Assembly: GCF_018977255.1 (NCBI RefSeq)
Contig: NW_024704742.1
Location: 68,946,001 to 69,010,000, forward strand
DNA from: Callorhinchus milii
Lineage: Eukaryota
DNA length: 64,000 nt
Direction: 5' to 3'
Part shown: positions 25,375 through 37,715 of the stretch, piece after piece
How the letters are laid out: each line of letters opens with the position of its first letter
Position numbering within the stretch: the stretch's first letter is position 1
Program-made: the position numbers and the translations under genes
The notes under the pieces: model-generated
Told to the model about the DNA's origin: nothing
Seen by the model: only the letters and a program-made list of their open reading frames with translations
Database searches by the model: none

Positions 25375-25715
25375 GAATCGTGCAGCTCAGTGGTTAGAGC
25401 ACTCGCTTCACAAGCAAGAGAACTGGGTTTGATTCCCGGCAGCTCGAAACTTTGGGCAAGTTTCCTTACTCAACCTACCTGCTAATAATACCTCAAGAAA
25501 AAAACGATAATAAATTGGTCATTTCAATCCACAACTGTTTGTGGGACTCTGCTGTGCACAATTGGCTGTCAAGTTTCGCCCACAAATATACAGTCAATTC
25601 ACTTTACATTAAATTCTGTGAAGCGCTTTGAGACATCTTGGAGACGTGATAAGGCGCTATATCTAATGCAAAGATTATTATTATTATTATATCAAAGTCA
25701 AGGATTATTATTATT
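25375..25715 (+). mobile_element. SINE family A (internally deleted form)
   Basis: GCAGCTCAGTGGTTAGAGCAC head; lacks the central ~60 nt; tail duplicated. Confidence 0.8.
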
Positions 25716-25744
25716 GTCTCAAAGAGCCCCCTGTAGAGGTATAT

Positions 25745-26045
25745 AATTCTAACGCACTCCTCGCCGGTCTCCCCAGCTCCACTCTTCAAAAAATCCAGCT
25801 CATTCAGAACTCTGCTGCCCGGATATTGACCCGACCAAACTCCAAACCCCCATCTCGCAGTTCTGGCGAGGCTCCACTGGCTCCCCATCACTGAGCAGAA
25901 CGACTTCAAGATCCTCACACTCGTGTGCAAATCCATTCACTCCCTGGCAACTCCCTACCTCTCTGACCTCCTCACACCACAATCCACCACCCGCCGCCTC
26001 CTGCTCGTCCCTCGCACCCTCTACCCTGCCAAGTTGTTGCTGTTG
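25745..26045 (+). mobile_element. L2 LINE fragment, 3' end replaced
   Basis: TCTAACGCACTCCTCGCCGGTCTCCC and CTCCACTGGCTCCCC (NALLAGLP, LHWLP) motifs. Confidence 0.8.
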
Positions 26046-26620
26046 TAAAGCACTGAGGCATTTCGAGGTAATATAATGCCGTTAAAAACATCCAAGTTCT
26101 TCTTCTTAAACCTAAAACTGTGAGTTGTTTTAGGTCTCATGAACCTCATTTTGTATTGAGAGCATTTAAGGAGAGAGTTTCTCTCCAATGTACTACCTAT
26201 TAGCTTTGTGGCTTCCACAGGAGTAACTACTTAATAGCGCAATGCCTATCAGCTCCCTGGTGGAACAGTAGGGGGGGCTCCCAGCAAAGCACATCTCTCA
26301 CTGGTACCTGTAATATTTATGTCAGCAAAGTTTGCTTCTGTGCAGGTTGTCACAGGAGCCAGGATCGCAAAGAGAGGTTTGCGTTAAAATAAAAATAATG
26401 TGGGCTGAGGTTTAGTGTGCTCGCCTCGCAAGCGAGAGGATCAGGGTTTGATTCCCAGGCAGGGTGAAATCATAAGCAAGTTTCCTTACTCCACACGCCT
26501 GTTTACCTAGCAGTAAGTAGGAACTTGGTTGTTAGTCGATTGGTGTCCGGGGATAGTAATCCCTCTAAAAAAAGTTTGGTCAGTCAATCCACAACTGTCT
26601 GTGGGACATTGCTGTGCAAA
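26029..26620 (+). repeat. Inverted duplication arm 1 (partner 34410-35002)
   Basis: Base-by-base reverse-complement match including ~370 bp of non-TE sequence. Confidence 0.92.
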
Positions 26621-27028
26621 TTGGCTGCCACATTTGCCTACAAAATAAATGTGAAGTGCTTTGAGATGTCTTGGCCATGTAATAAAGTGCTGTATAAAAT
26701 GTAAGAATTATTATTATTATGAAGCCAGTAAAACAAGAGATCACAGGTTTAGAGTTGCAAAGCGCAATTTCAGGACAGATACCAGGGATTTTTTCCTTAC
26801 CCAGAGAGTATTTAGCAAGTGGAAAAGATACTTAAGGCCATTACGCTTTATTAGCTTTATAAAGCAGCTTTATGCTATGATTGGAGATTCATATTTTGGA
26901 GGGGAAAGCACCTGTAAATTCCATCCTAACCGATACAGACAGATCCTTGGTTTAACATCTCACCTGAAGGACAGTGCCACTGACAATCGAGTGCTTCCCC
27001 AGCCCTTCACTGGAGCATCAGCCTAGAG

Positions 27029-27195
27029 TAGTGGTGGCCAACCTCTACAGTCAGCAAATAAAATAAATCTTCTTGATTGAATATTTCTTGATTTATGGCA
27101 TATCAGACGTGGACTTACCCAGAGTCATATAAATGTTGGGGAGGGAGAGGGGGTACTTCTTGACTGCCCCACGGGCCACAGGTTGGCCATCACTG
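27029..27195. mobile_element. Non-autonomous hAT (Charlie-like) MITE
   Basis: Terminal inverted repeats (TIRs) TAGTGGTGGCCAACCT / AGGTTGGCCATCACTG; 8-bp TSD GCCTAGAG / GTCTAGAC; interrupts a family-B SINE. Confidence 0.8.
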
Positions 27196-27484
27196 GTCTA
27201 GACTGTGAGCTCGAAGTCCCAAAGAACTATAGCAGGTTGACGAGGTTAACATTCTTCACTCATTCCTATTCATTTTACGTTCAGCTGTATTTTAAGATCA
27301 TACTGTAATAATCCTGCAGAATCGGGTACCTAGCAACAATTTTGCTCCAGCCCTTTCTTCCACCAGGTCAAAACTAGTTACTGGAGACCCATTCCTCGAC
27401 ATATCGTGGGTGACAACATCAATTTGCTCTGACCGTGGGACAGACTACAGTGAGAGCTTTTTTCTCCCTCAGGCAAAGAGCCAC

Positions 27485-27809
<325 letters not shown>

Positions 27810-27859
27810 GCTATGGTGCTCACCTACACAAGTCCAGTACTGGAGTGTGGGAGTAGACC

Positions 27860-28290
27860 AAAGTTCCAATGTGGGAGTAAACTATTTAATCTGTTCTGCC
27901 ATTCTACTAGATCATGGCTGATCTGTACCTTAACTCCATATCCCTTAATACCCTTACCTAACACAAAATCTATCAATGTCAGTCTCAAAAATTTGAATTC
28001 AATCAGCATCCACAGCCTTTCAGGGGAGAGAGATCCAAATTTCCACTACCCTTTGCGTGAACAAATATTGCCAGATTTGACTCATAACCCTAATTTTAAG
28101 ATTATCCCCCTTGTACTATATTCCCCACCAAAGGAAATAGTTTCTCTGTATCTACCCTATCGAATCCCTTAATCATTTTAAACCTGCATCAGATCATCCC
28201 TCAACTTCTAAACTCAAGGGAATAGAGATCAAGTTTATGCAACCTGTCCTCATAATTTAACCCTTTTAGCCCTGGTATCATTCTGGTGAA
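27860..28290 (-). mobile_element. CR1 LINE 3' fragment
   Basis: AGATCATGGCTGATCTGTACCT..., TTCCACTACCCTTTGCGTGAA, TGCAACCTGTCCTCATAATTTAACCC; similar to 21545-21900, 39400-39540, 54995-55120, 60780-60870. Confidence 0.75.
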
Positions 28291-28299
28291 TGTTTATCA

Positions 28300-28680
28300 G
28301 CAACAACAACAACTTGCATTTATATAGCGCCTCTCACCCCAGGTAGCATACCAGAGCGCTTGACAGTGGTGGAGCACATTGCTGAGCCGGGGCGAGAAGG
28401 GAGGTGACTATAGGCACGGTCGAAGAGGAAGGTCTTCAGGTGGGACCTGAAAATGGAGAAGGAGGGGGCAAGGCGGAGGGATTGAGCAAGAGTTTTCCAG
28501 AGTTTCAGGGCATAGTGACTGAAAGTGCAACTACCAATGGTGCAAAGAAGGGCACGAGGGACAAGCAGGAAGCCGGAGCTAGTTGAGCGGAGGCGGCTGG
28601 TAGCGGGTTGGGGAGTAAGCGGGTCAGAGAGGTCGGGAGGTGCCAGGGGATGAAGGGATTTGAAGATGAAAATCCTCAGT
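28300..28680 (-). mobile_element. L2 LINE 3' fragment
   Basis: FKSLHPLAPPDLSDPL...LWKTLAQSLRLAPSFSIFRSHLKTFLFDRAY; tail. Confidence 0.85.
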
Positions 28681-29642
28681 ATCACATCACATAGTGAAAA
28701 TTCTCTCTCTCCCCTTCCACCACTTCCTCTTCTGCACCACCGCGTTCCTATTATGCTTGGCATACAGATACCCTGACTGCATTTTGTATGCAAAGGCTGA
28801 GCAGTTTTCGCATTGATTCCCACTTGGCCCTGTTGCCAGGCAGTGCACAGTGTGTAACAGATGAGATCTTGTCATTATAAATGCCCAGGACTCCAACCGA
28901 AAGGATCAGACAGACTAGATATCATTTAGACAATGGGACTAGAGCCATAAATATTTCAATGCACTTTTTTTCTTGTTTGATTGAGAAAACTGTGACTCCT
29001 ATAGAAAATTAATCCACTTGTAATCCGTGGTGAGCAAAATGAATAAAATATAATGAACTTAAAACGCTACTTGTTTATCCAGGCCTGACTATGCTAGTCC
29101 CCTTCTTCAACCTACTGATCCGGCAGCTCCCTTCATTGACACACCCTACCACCCTACCATCGGTTGGTGAATTTTCAGCCTATCTGCCTCTGCTCTCTGG
29201 AACTCTATCCCAGAGTCCCTCCAACTCGCACTCTCCCTCAACATGTTCAAGGTCAATCTCAAGTCCTACCTCTTTGACTGCGCTTTCAGTCATCTTTCCC
29301 CACCTCGCCCTCTTGACTCCCACCCACAATTCCGGTGCCCAGCAGCAGGGTTAAGTGCTTTGAGACATTCCCCCACTCCACCGCCCCTCCCAGCAAAAGG
29401 TGTTGTATAAATGTATATTGTATTACTTTGCCAAACATTACAGCTATACAATAATTTTGGTATGGATTTAAGTATAATGCCATGTGCTGTATGATTTATT
29501 AATAATAATTCTTGCATTTGATATAGCTCCTTATCACATCATTGTGGCATCTCAAAGCGCTTCACAGAATTTTCTGTAAAGGGAATTTACTGTGTGTATT
29601 TTGAGAACGAAATGCAGCAGCCAGTTTGCGCACAACAATGTC

Positions 29643-32260
29643 CCACAAACAACAACAACAACAACAACAACAAGATTACATTTGTATAGCGCCTTTCACG
29701 TCAGGAGGACGTCCCAAGGCGCTGGACAGAATACAACATTTCAGACCCGAGCTGGGGTTGGGCGGGTAAGGGAGGGGAGGGGAAGGGGGGGTGGCCGATG
29801 GCATGGTCGAAGAGGAGGGTCTTGAGGCGGGACTTGAAGGAGGCTAAGGAGAGGGTGAGGCAGAGTGACTGGGGATGGAATTCCAGAGGTTGGGGGCAGA
29901 GTGGCTGAAGGCTCTTCCGGCAATGGTGGGGCGGATCGGGGGATGTAGAGCAGGCCAGAGCCGGCTGAATGGAGGGAACGGGCGGGTTGGTAGGGGGGTT
30001 AGGAGGTCGCAGAGGTAGGGTGGAGTGAGGCCATGGAGGGCTTTGTGTGTGAGGACCAGGATCTTGAACTGGATCCTCTGAAGAATAGGGAGCCAGTGGA
30101 GTCGGGTGAGAGTGGGGGAGATGGGGTCACGGAGTTTGGTGCGGGAGAGGACGTGGGCTGCAGAGTTCTGGATTATCTGCAAATTTGGAGGGAGGAGTTG
30201 GGAAGGCCGATAAGCAGGGCTTTTGCATAGTCGAGCCTGGAGGTGATGAAGGAATGAACAAGAGTTTCAGCGGCCTGAGGGGTGAGATAGTGGCGGAGTC
30301 GGGTGATGTTGCGGAGGTGAGGGAAGGCAGAGCGGGTCATGCCTTGAATGTGGGGGAGAAAAGACAGTTGAGGGTCGAACAAGACACCTAGGTTCCTGAC
30401 TGGGTTGGTGAGTTGTAGTGTGCAACCATGGAGGTTGATGCTGCCAGAGCCTGAGGTGCTGAGGCGCTGGCGCGAGCCAATCAGGAGGGCCTCAGTCTTG
30501 TTCACATTCAACTGTAGGAAATTTGCCCTCATCCAGGACTTGATGTCCGACAGGCAGTCTGTCAGGACAGCAGTGGTCCTGGAGTTGAGGGTGGAGGCAG
30601 AAAGATAGAGTTGGGTGTCATCCGCATACATGTGGAAGTTGACCCCATGTCTGCGGATGATGTCACCAAGGGGGAGCATGTAGATATTAAAGAGGAGAGG
30701 GCCAAGGACAGAGTCCTGGGGGACGCCAGATGTGACAGTGCGGGGGCTGGAGGAGAAACTATTAGAGGCAACGAAGTGGAGACGGTGAGAGAGATAGGAA
30801 TCGAACCAGGCAAGGCCAGGTCCGTGAAGATTGAGTAAAACGGAGAGGCAAGGTATGAGGATGGAGTGGTCGACAGTGTCGAAGGTGGCAGAGCGGTCGA
30901 GGAGGACAAGGAGGCAGAGGGAGCCCTGATCACAGATGTTCAGAATGTCATTAGTGACCTTGACCAGGGCTGTTTCCGTGCTGTGGGCAGCGCGGAAGCC
31001 GGATTGGAGGGGTTCAAAGAGGGAATGGCGAGAGAGAAAGGAGCGGAGCTGGGACGCGATGACTCGTTCCAGGACCTTGGAGAGGAATGGGAGGTTAGAG
31101 ATGGGGCGGTAGCTGGAGAGGAGGGATGGATCCAGGAAAAGTTTTTTCAGGATGGGGGTAATGACGTTTTTAGGAGGGTGGGAACTGAACCGGTGGACAG
31201 GGAGAGGTTGATGACATCGGACAGGAGGGGGGCCAGAAGGTGGAGCTGGGAGACGAGGAACGAGGTGGGATCGAGGGAGCAGGTGGTGGGTTTGAGTTTG
31301 CGGACAGTCGTGGTGAGGGAGGAGGGAGAGATAGGGTCGAAGGATTATAGGGGGCGATGGGAGAGAGGGTGAGTCATGAGGGAGAGGTGATGTGGGGGTG
31401 GCTGTGGATGGGGCTGAATGTATCCCCTCGATTTTAGATTCGAGGAAGTCCAGCATTTCTTCACAGTTGGAGTTTGAGGAGAGGATGGGCGAGGTATGGG
31501 AAGGTGGACGGAGGAGATGGTTAGTGGTGGAAAAGAGAAGCCGGGGGTTGTCCTTGCCTCCAAGATAACCTTGGAGCAGAAGGAGGATTTGGCGGAGGCA
31601 AGAGCACAGCGGTAGATCTTGGTGTGGTGAAGCCAAATCTGCTGATGGACCATTAGTTTGGATTTGGTCCAGGTGCGTTCGGCAGCTCGAACTTGTGCCT
31701 TGAGGGAACGGAGATGGCCGGTGTACCAGGGGGATTTATGGGAGTATGAGGCAGTTCAGGAGGTGAAGGGGGCAAGGGAGTCCAGAATGGAGGAGAGGGA
31801 GTTTTGGAGAAAGGAGAGTGAGGTGGGGAGATCGGTCAGTGAGAGCCAGATGTGTAGGAGTTCAGATGACTCCAGGGCAGTGGAGAGGGAGAGGGAGGAA
31901 TTTTTTTTCCATGGACGGTATGTAATGGTGGAGGGTTGGGAAGGGGGAAGAGGTACAGAGGTGTTGAGGGAGATGAAGTGGTGTTTCGAGATGGCTTTAT
32001 CGATGATGGTGATGTCCGAGACGGTGAGGCTCCGGGTGATCACCAGGTCAAGGGGGTCACTCGGACGTGGGTGGGGGAGTGGATGAGGAGGGAGAGGTTG
32101 AGAGAAGAGAGGAGGGAGGAGAAGTTGGCAGAGGTAGAGCAGGAGGGGTTGAAGTGGAGGTTGAAGTCGCCTAAGATAAGGAGGCGTTGAGAGCAGAGAG
32201 AGAGGGAAGATAGGAGGGTGGAGATGTCCACGAGGAAGGTGGGGGAAAGTTTGGGGAATG
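29643..32260 (-). mobile_element. L2 LINE, 5'-truncated within the endonuclease; most complete RT in the window, frameshifted
   Basis: [86 protein letters not shown]; (TTG)n tail at 29643-29672. Confidence 0.95.
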
Positions 32261-32619
32261 GTAAACAGCCATGGAGTGAGTGACCAATTTTATTAGAGGT
32301 CAGGACACTGGAAGAAACCTTTGTGAATAGCATATGGTATCAGCCTAGCTCATGTTGGTAGCTTTACCCTATCCCTATATCCCTTCAATCTTCTATATTT
32401 CATATAATCGTCTACTTCCCTCTTGAACCCCAGAATGGATTCTGCCTCAACTATCTTACCTGGCAATGCGTTCAACACTCGACATTCTCTGTATGAAAAG
32501 GGGAGACTTTGGTTTTCTTCTGCCAACCTTTGTCCTTTATTTCAAATCCTTTCATAGCCTCACCCCACTCTACCTCTATGACTATCTGCGCACTGCTGCT
32601 TCTCTTTGCAAATGGGATC

Positions 32620-32865
32620 TGGGGAATTGTTAGTCAGGACACTGGGAGAAACTCCCTTCTCTTTTCAACTGGTATATGGGATCTTTAACGTCTACCGGAA
32701 TATGCAGACAGGACCTTAACTTAACTTAACCTTGAATCCAAAGGAAGATACCTCCGGACACACAAAGCAGCCCTCAGCACTGCAATGGAATGTCAGCCTC
32801 GACTGTGAGATCCAAGTCTTGAAGTTGGGGCTTGAGCCCACAAACATCTGAGCCAGGCTGACACC
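32620..32865 (-). mobile_element. DeuSINE family B
   Basis: Reverse-complement match; ends CTGAGCCAGGCTGACA. Confidence 0.7.
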
Positions 32866-34409
32866 TGGCTTGACACCTTTGTAAAACCCTTTGAGATATT
32901 CATCCTATGTGAAAGGCGTTGGCTCAGGGAAGTTCCTGAGAAAGATAATTTCAATCAGTTTTATTCACGTTCAAATCCCTCCACAGTCTTCTCCACCCTG
33001 CCTCTGCGATCTTATTACTCGTTTAGATGTCTCAAAGCGCTGCACACTATATACTGCAAAGTGGATTGACTGTGTATTTTGTGGGCGAAAGGTAGCAGCC
33101 AGTTGTGCACAGCAATGTCCCACAAATAGTCATAGATTGAGTCACCAATTTATTATTTTTTTTGAAGGAATTACTATCCCCGGAAAAGCGATTCCCCAAT
33201 CTACATACTGATAGGTTTCGCCCACAAAATACTCAGTGCATTCATGTCTTGATGACGCGATAAGGCGCTATATCAAATGCAAGAATTTTGATTATTTACA
33301 GTGTCATTTTTCAGACGTGCTCCTGACATGAAAGGCATGATGTGAAATGTATGATTGTTTTATTTTATTGCTGTTTGTAAAGTGAGTCTGAACGCAGGCT
33401 GAGTTTGCTGCAAATCCGCAGACTCTGGCATCATCTGATTGACATTCAGAACAGAGGCAGATGCTAGAGACTTCCTCTCCTTCTGTGGGACTGCGCGCTG
33501 ACAGAGCCTGTGGCTGAGAGCAGCTGATCAGCACCCTGGTGGCTGCACAGAGCTCAATGAGGTGATCTCCAAACACACCAGGAATTGCATTCACTCTGAA
33601 ATATCTTTAGGAAGTAAAATGCAGTGTTTTTTTTAAAAAAAACTGCTAAGTTATACCAGGAAGAGCTTTACATTGCAACCTCCTGATTCAGACCAGACAT
33701 CAAACCCAACTCACACACCTGCCTACCTGCCTGTCTGTTGTTGAACAGGCACCATCCTCATTTCCCTGTTCCTACAGAGAAGGGAGTTTCTCCCTTTGTA
33801 CTGGGCGAGAACCCCCGAGATAAGTATTGGCCATTCACTTTGTGGCTGTTTGTGGGACACTGATATTTATATTTATTTATATATTCATGCAGGGTAGCAT
33901 CTCGTAGCCACCCTGTGTGAAAGGAGCTATAGTGAAAGGTGCTACACAAATTTAACTTTGTATTGTACAAATGCAAGTGGCAGAGCACGACCCCAAGCCG
34001 AGGGGAGATGACCGTAGGCACGGTCAAATAGGAAGGTCTTAAGGTGTGATCTGAAAATAGGGAAGGAGTTAAGGTGGAGGAGTTGAGGGACAGAGTTATG
34101 TGTGTGTTTGTGTGTATATTTACCTAGAGGGTAATTGACGGCTGGAACACGTTGCCAGGTTGAGGTCAGGAACCACTGTGATGCTGTGATGTGCAGGCCA
34201 GTAGGTTGAAGAGATGAGATCAGATGGGTCGAAGGGCTTTCTTCATCCAAACCAATCTTGCACTTGATGCAGCCCAAATTACGTCTATATTTCTTCAAAA
34301 CACTTTGCAACATTTTGTGTGAAGTGTAGTGACTGCATATTTGTAGGTGTGTGTGGGGTGGTGGGGGAGTTGGCGAAATATTGTGGGCGAAATGCAGTAG
34401 CCAATTGCG

Positions 34410-35002
34410 CACAGCATTGTCCCACAAACAGTTGTGGGTTGACGACCAAACGTTTTTTAGAGGGATTACTATCCCCGGACAGCAATCGACTAACAACCAA
34501 GTTCCTACTTACTGCTAGGTAAACAGGCGTGTGGAGTAAGGAAACTTGCTAACGATTTCACCCTGCCTGGGAATCAAACCCTGATCCTCTCGCTTGCGAG
34601 GCGAGCGCACTAAACCTCAGCCCACATTATTTTTATTTTAACACAAACCTCTCTTTGCGATCCTGGCTCCTGTGACAACCTGCACAGAAGCAAACTTTGC
34701 TGACATAAATATTACAGGTACCAGTGACAGTGAGAGATGTGCTTTGCTGGGAGCCCCCCCTACTGTTCCACCAGGGAGCTGACAGGCATTGCCCTATTAA
34801 ATAGTTACTCCTGTGGAAGCCACAAAGCTAATAGGTAGTACATTGGAGAGAAACTCTCTCCTTAAATGCTCTCAGTACTAAATGAGGTTCATGAGACCTG
34901 AAACAACTCACCGTTTTAGGTTTAAGAAGAAGAACTTGGATGTTTTTAACGGCATTATATTACCTTGAAATGCCTCATTGCTTTACAACAGCAACAACTT
35001 GC
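34410..35002 (-). repeat. Inverted duplication arm 2 (partner 26029-26620)
   Basis: See arm 1; has a 5-bp local duplication (CAGTGACAGTGA) absent from arm 1. Confidence 0.92.
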
Positions 35003-35290
35003 ATTTGTATAGCACTCTTCATGCGGGGGAAGAGTCTCGGAGAGCTTAACAGTGGTGAAGCCTACCACCGAGCCAGGGAGAGGTGAGTTGACTGTTGCCA
35101 CGTCGAAGAGGAAGGTCTTCAGCTGTGATCTGAAAACTGGCAAGGAAGGGCAGGGCGGAGGGATTGAGGCAGAGAGTTCCAGAGCCTCTGGGCGTAGGAC
35201 TGAAAGCACGGCTGCCAATGCTGGAGTGGATGGGACATGGGACAAGCAGGAGGCCGGAGCCAGCTGAGCAGAGGGGGTGGTAGAGGAATA
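34985..35290 (-). mobile_element. L2 LINE 3' fragment
   Basis: YAQRLWNSLPQSLRP / FRSQLKTFLFD; tail. Confidence 0.8.
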
Positions 35291-37064
35291 GGATTTAAGC
35301 AGGCAGTGATTAATATCAAGTGTAGTGACTGTGTGCATGTAAACAAATATCAGAGCCATTTTGCCCAGCGCAATGTCCCACAATCTGCCATGAGGTGAAT
35401 GATCAGTTCATCCAAGGGATTGTTAAATATTGATAAACTTTGCATTTGATATAGCACCTTTCATGTTGAGAGGATGTCTCAAAATGCTTCATAGGATCTT
35501 ATTGTAAAGTGCAGTGACTGTAATACTCTTGCCTCTGATTCAGATGGTTGTGGATTCAGCTCCACCTCAGTGATTTTAAGCCCCGTCCAGGTTGATGCTC
35601 CAATGAAGTGCCGGGGGGAGCGCTGCATTATCAGAGTTGCCGTCGAATGAGACATTAAACCAAGGTCCTGTATGTCCCTGTTCAGGTGGACTTTAAAGAT
35701 CACATGATAATATTCAAACACGGAAGGAGTTGAACTTCATGGCCGTTTGCTGTGCACAAATTGGCTGCTGCATTCACCAACAAAATACATAGTCACTTCA
35801 CCTTGCATATAAATGTAATTTTGTTATTGTTACAGTGGAAATTCTATGAAGTGCTTTGAGATGTCTCAGACACATGAAAGGAGGGATATTAAATGCAAAT
35901 AATAATAATCCTTGCATTTGATATAGGACCTTTTTCATGTCATTGAGACATCCCAAAACGCTTCACAGGATATATTGTTATTATGAGTGGGATTTCTGTG
36001 GCTTTATGATGTGATTTATGTTGATGTGCTTCTCCTCTGCCGCCCCTTGCTCCTTTTCCCTGCCTTTCCCCTCCACTCACTGAAGCATATGTGCAGTGTA
36101 GCAGTTAGAGCACACACCTCACAAGTAAAGAAAGCCTGAGTTTGATTCCCAGGCAGGACGAAACTTTAGGCAAGTTTCTTTACTAAACATGTCTCTGTTT
36201 AGCTAGTGATAAGTTAGAATCCGGTTGTAAGTTGATTGGCAGACTCTTTTTCCGGAGGTAATAATTCCTTCCTCAATTATTTTAATATAACAATGACAAC
36301 AACAACTTGCATTTATATAGCGCCCTTCATGCAGGGTAACACCCTGGAGGGCTTAAATATAATAATAACAATAATAATAATTTGGTCACTCAATCCACGA
36401 CAGCTTGTGAGACATTGTTGTGTGCAATTGACTGTCACGTTTCCCCCACAAAATATACATTTAATTCGCCTTATAGTATATTCTGTGAAGCGCGTTGAGA
36501 TGTCTTAAAGATGTGATCAAGGCGCTATATCAAATGTAAGGATTATTTTTATTAGTAGTAGCACCACTGCCTGGCTCCACTTCCCTTCAATTAAATACAA
36601 AGCAACGCTTTCATCCTCAATGCAGTCACGGCATTTCATCTGAGTCACCTGCGATCTTGCTATTTGCAGTCTGATCCCATATGTTCTCTGAGTTATGGCT
36701 CCTGCGAAGGAATCCTTCATTTTGTCCACTTCACTTAAGTAATGGAAAAACAATAACCAGGAAAGTGCGGCTGATCCGGAAAGTATTGGAACACAGGCAA
36801 GGGCATCAATCATCCCAGATTCTAGCTGTCGTTCTCGAGTGAATTCTGTTGTGTCTTCCTATAATGGGTGTGTTTATTGAGTTGAAATGTATTCAGGGGT
36901 TCAATCTATTTTTTAAGTGTTGCAAAAATGTGGTTTGAAACACTGATCAAAAGAGCAGTGATCTAGAACCTTCCCTTCCTCATCCTCCCCTACTGCCTTC
37001 CCCTCCACCTCTAGACCCTCCCCCTTCACTCCCACCACCACCATTACCACCACCACCTGGACAA

Positions 37065-37715
37065 TGTGTGATGCATTGTCAGAGGTGCTGTCCTTCAGAT
37101 GACATGTTAAACATAGGTCCTGTCTGCTTTTTCAGGTCGTCATCAAAGATCCAATTGCACTATTCAAAAAGAGAATGGAGTTTCTCTCTCCCAGTGTCCT
37201 GGTCAACATTCCCACAGATAAAATTGGTCTTTCACTTCAATACTGTGTTTTTGTGTGTTTTGCTGTGTGTTTTGCTGTGTGTATTACTGTGTGTTTTGCT
37301 GTGTGTTTTGCCATATGTTTTGCCATGTGTATTACTGGCTGCTACTTTCGGATCGATTTCAAAATCATTTCACTTGTTTTCAAATCCCTTCATGCCCTCA
37401 CACCTCTCTACCTGCTCACCCCTCAATTCACCACCCACTGCCTCCACTTGGCTGGCTCCAGCTTCTTGTTAGTCCCTCGTCCCATCCACTCTTCCATCGG
37501 TGGCCATGCCTTGAGCCATTATGCCCCGAAACTCTGGAACTCTCTCCCTCAATCCCCTTGCCTTGCCCCCTCACTCCCCACTTTCAAATCCTGCCTAAAG
37601 TCCTTCCTTTTTGATGGTGCTTACGATCACCTCCCCACTCCCTCTCTCCCTGACTCAGGGTTAGACTCCACCATTTTAAGCGCTCTGGGACTCTAATTTG
37701 TACAGCAAGTTGTTG
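37065..37715 (+). mobile_element. DeuSINE family B fragment + 12-bp minisatellite + L2 3' fragment
   Basis: Deu core 37065-37240; (GCTGTGTGTTTT)-like units 37245-37335; RIDFKIISLVFKSLHAL...LWNSLPQS from 37350. Confidence 0.8.

Noticed and set aside
30173..31636. 487-aa ORF as an active reverse transcriptase or domesticated gene
   Set aside because: Frameshifted at both ends and internally, 5'-truncated, and motifs are degraded (GVPQDS, DRSATFD).
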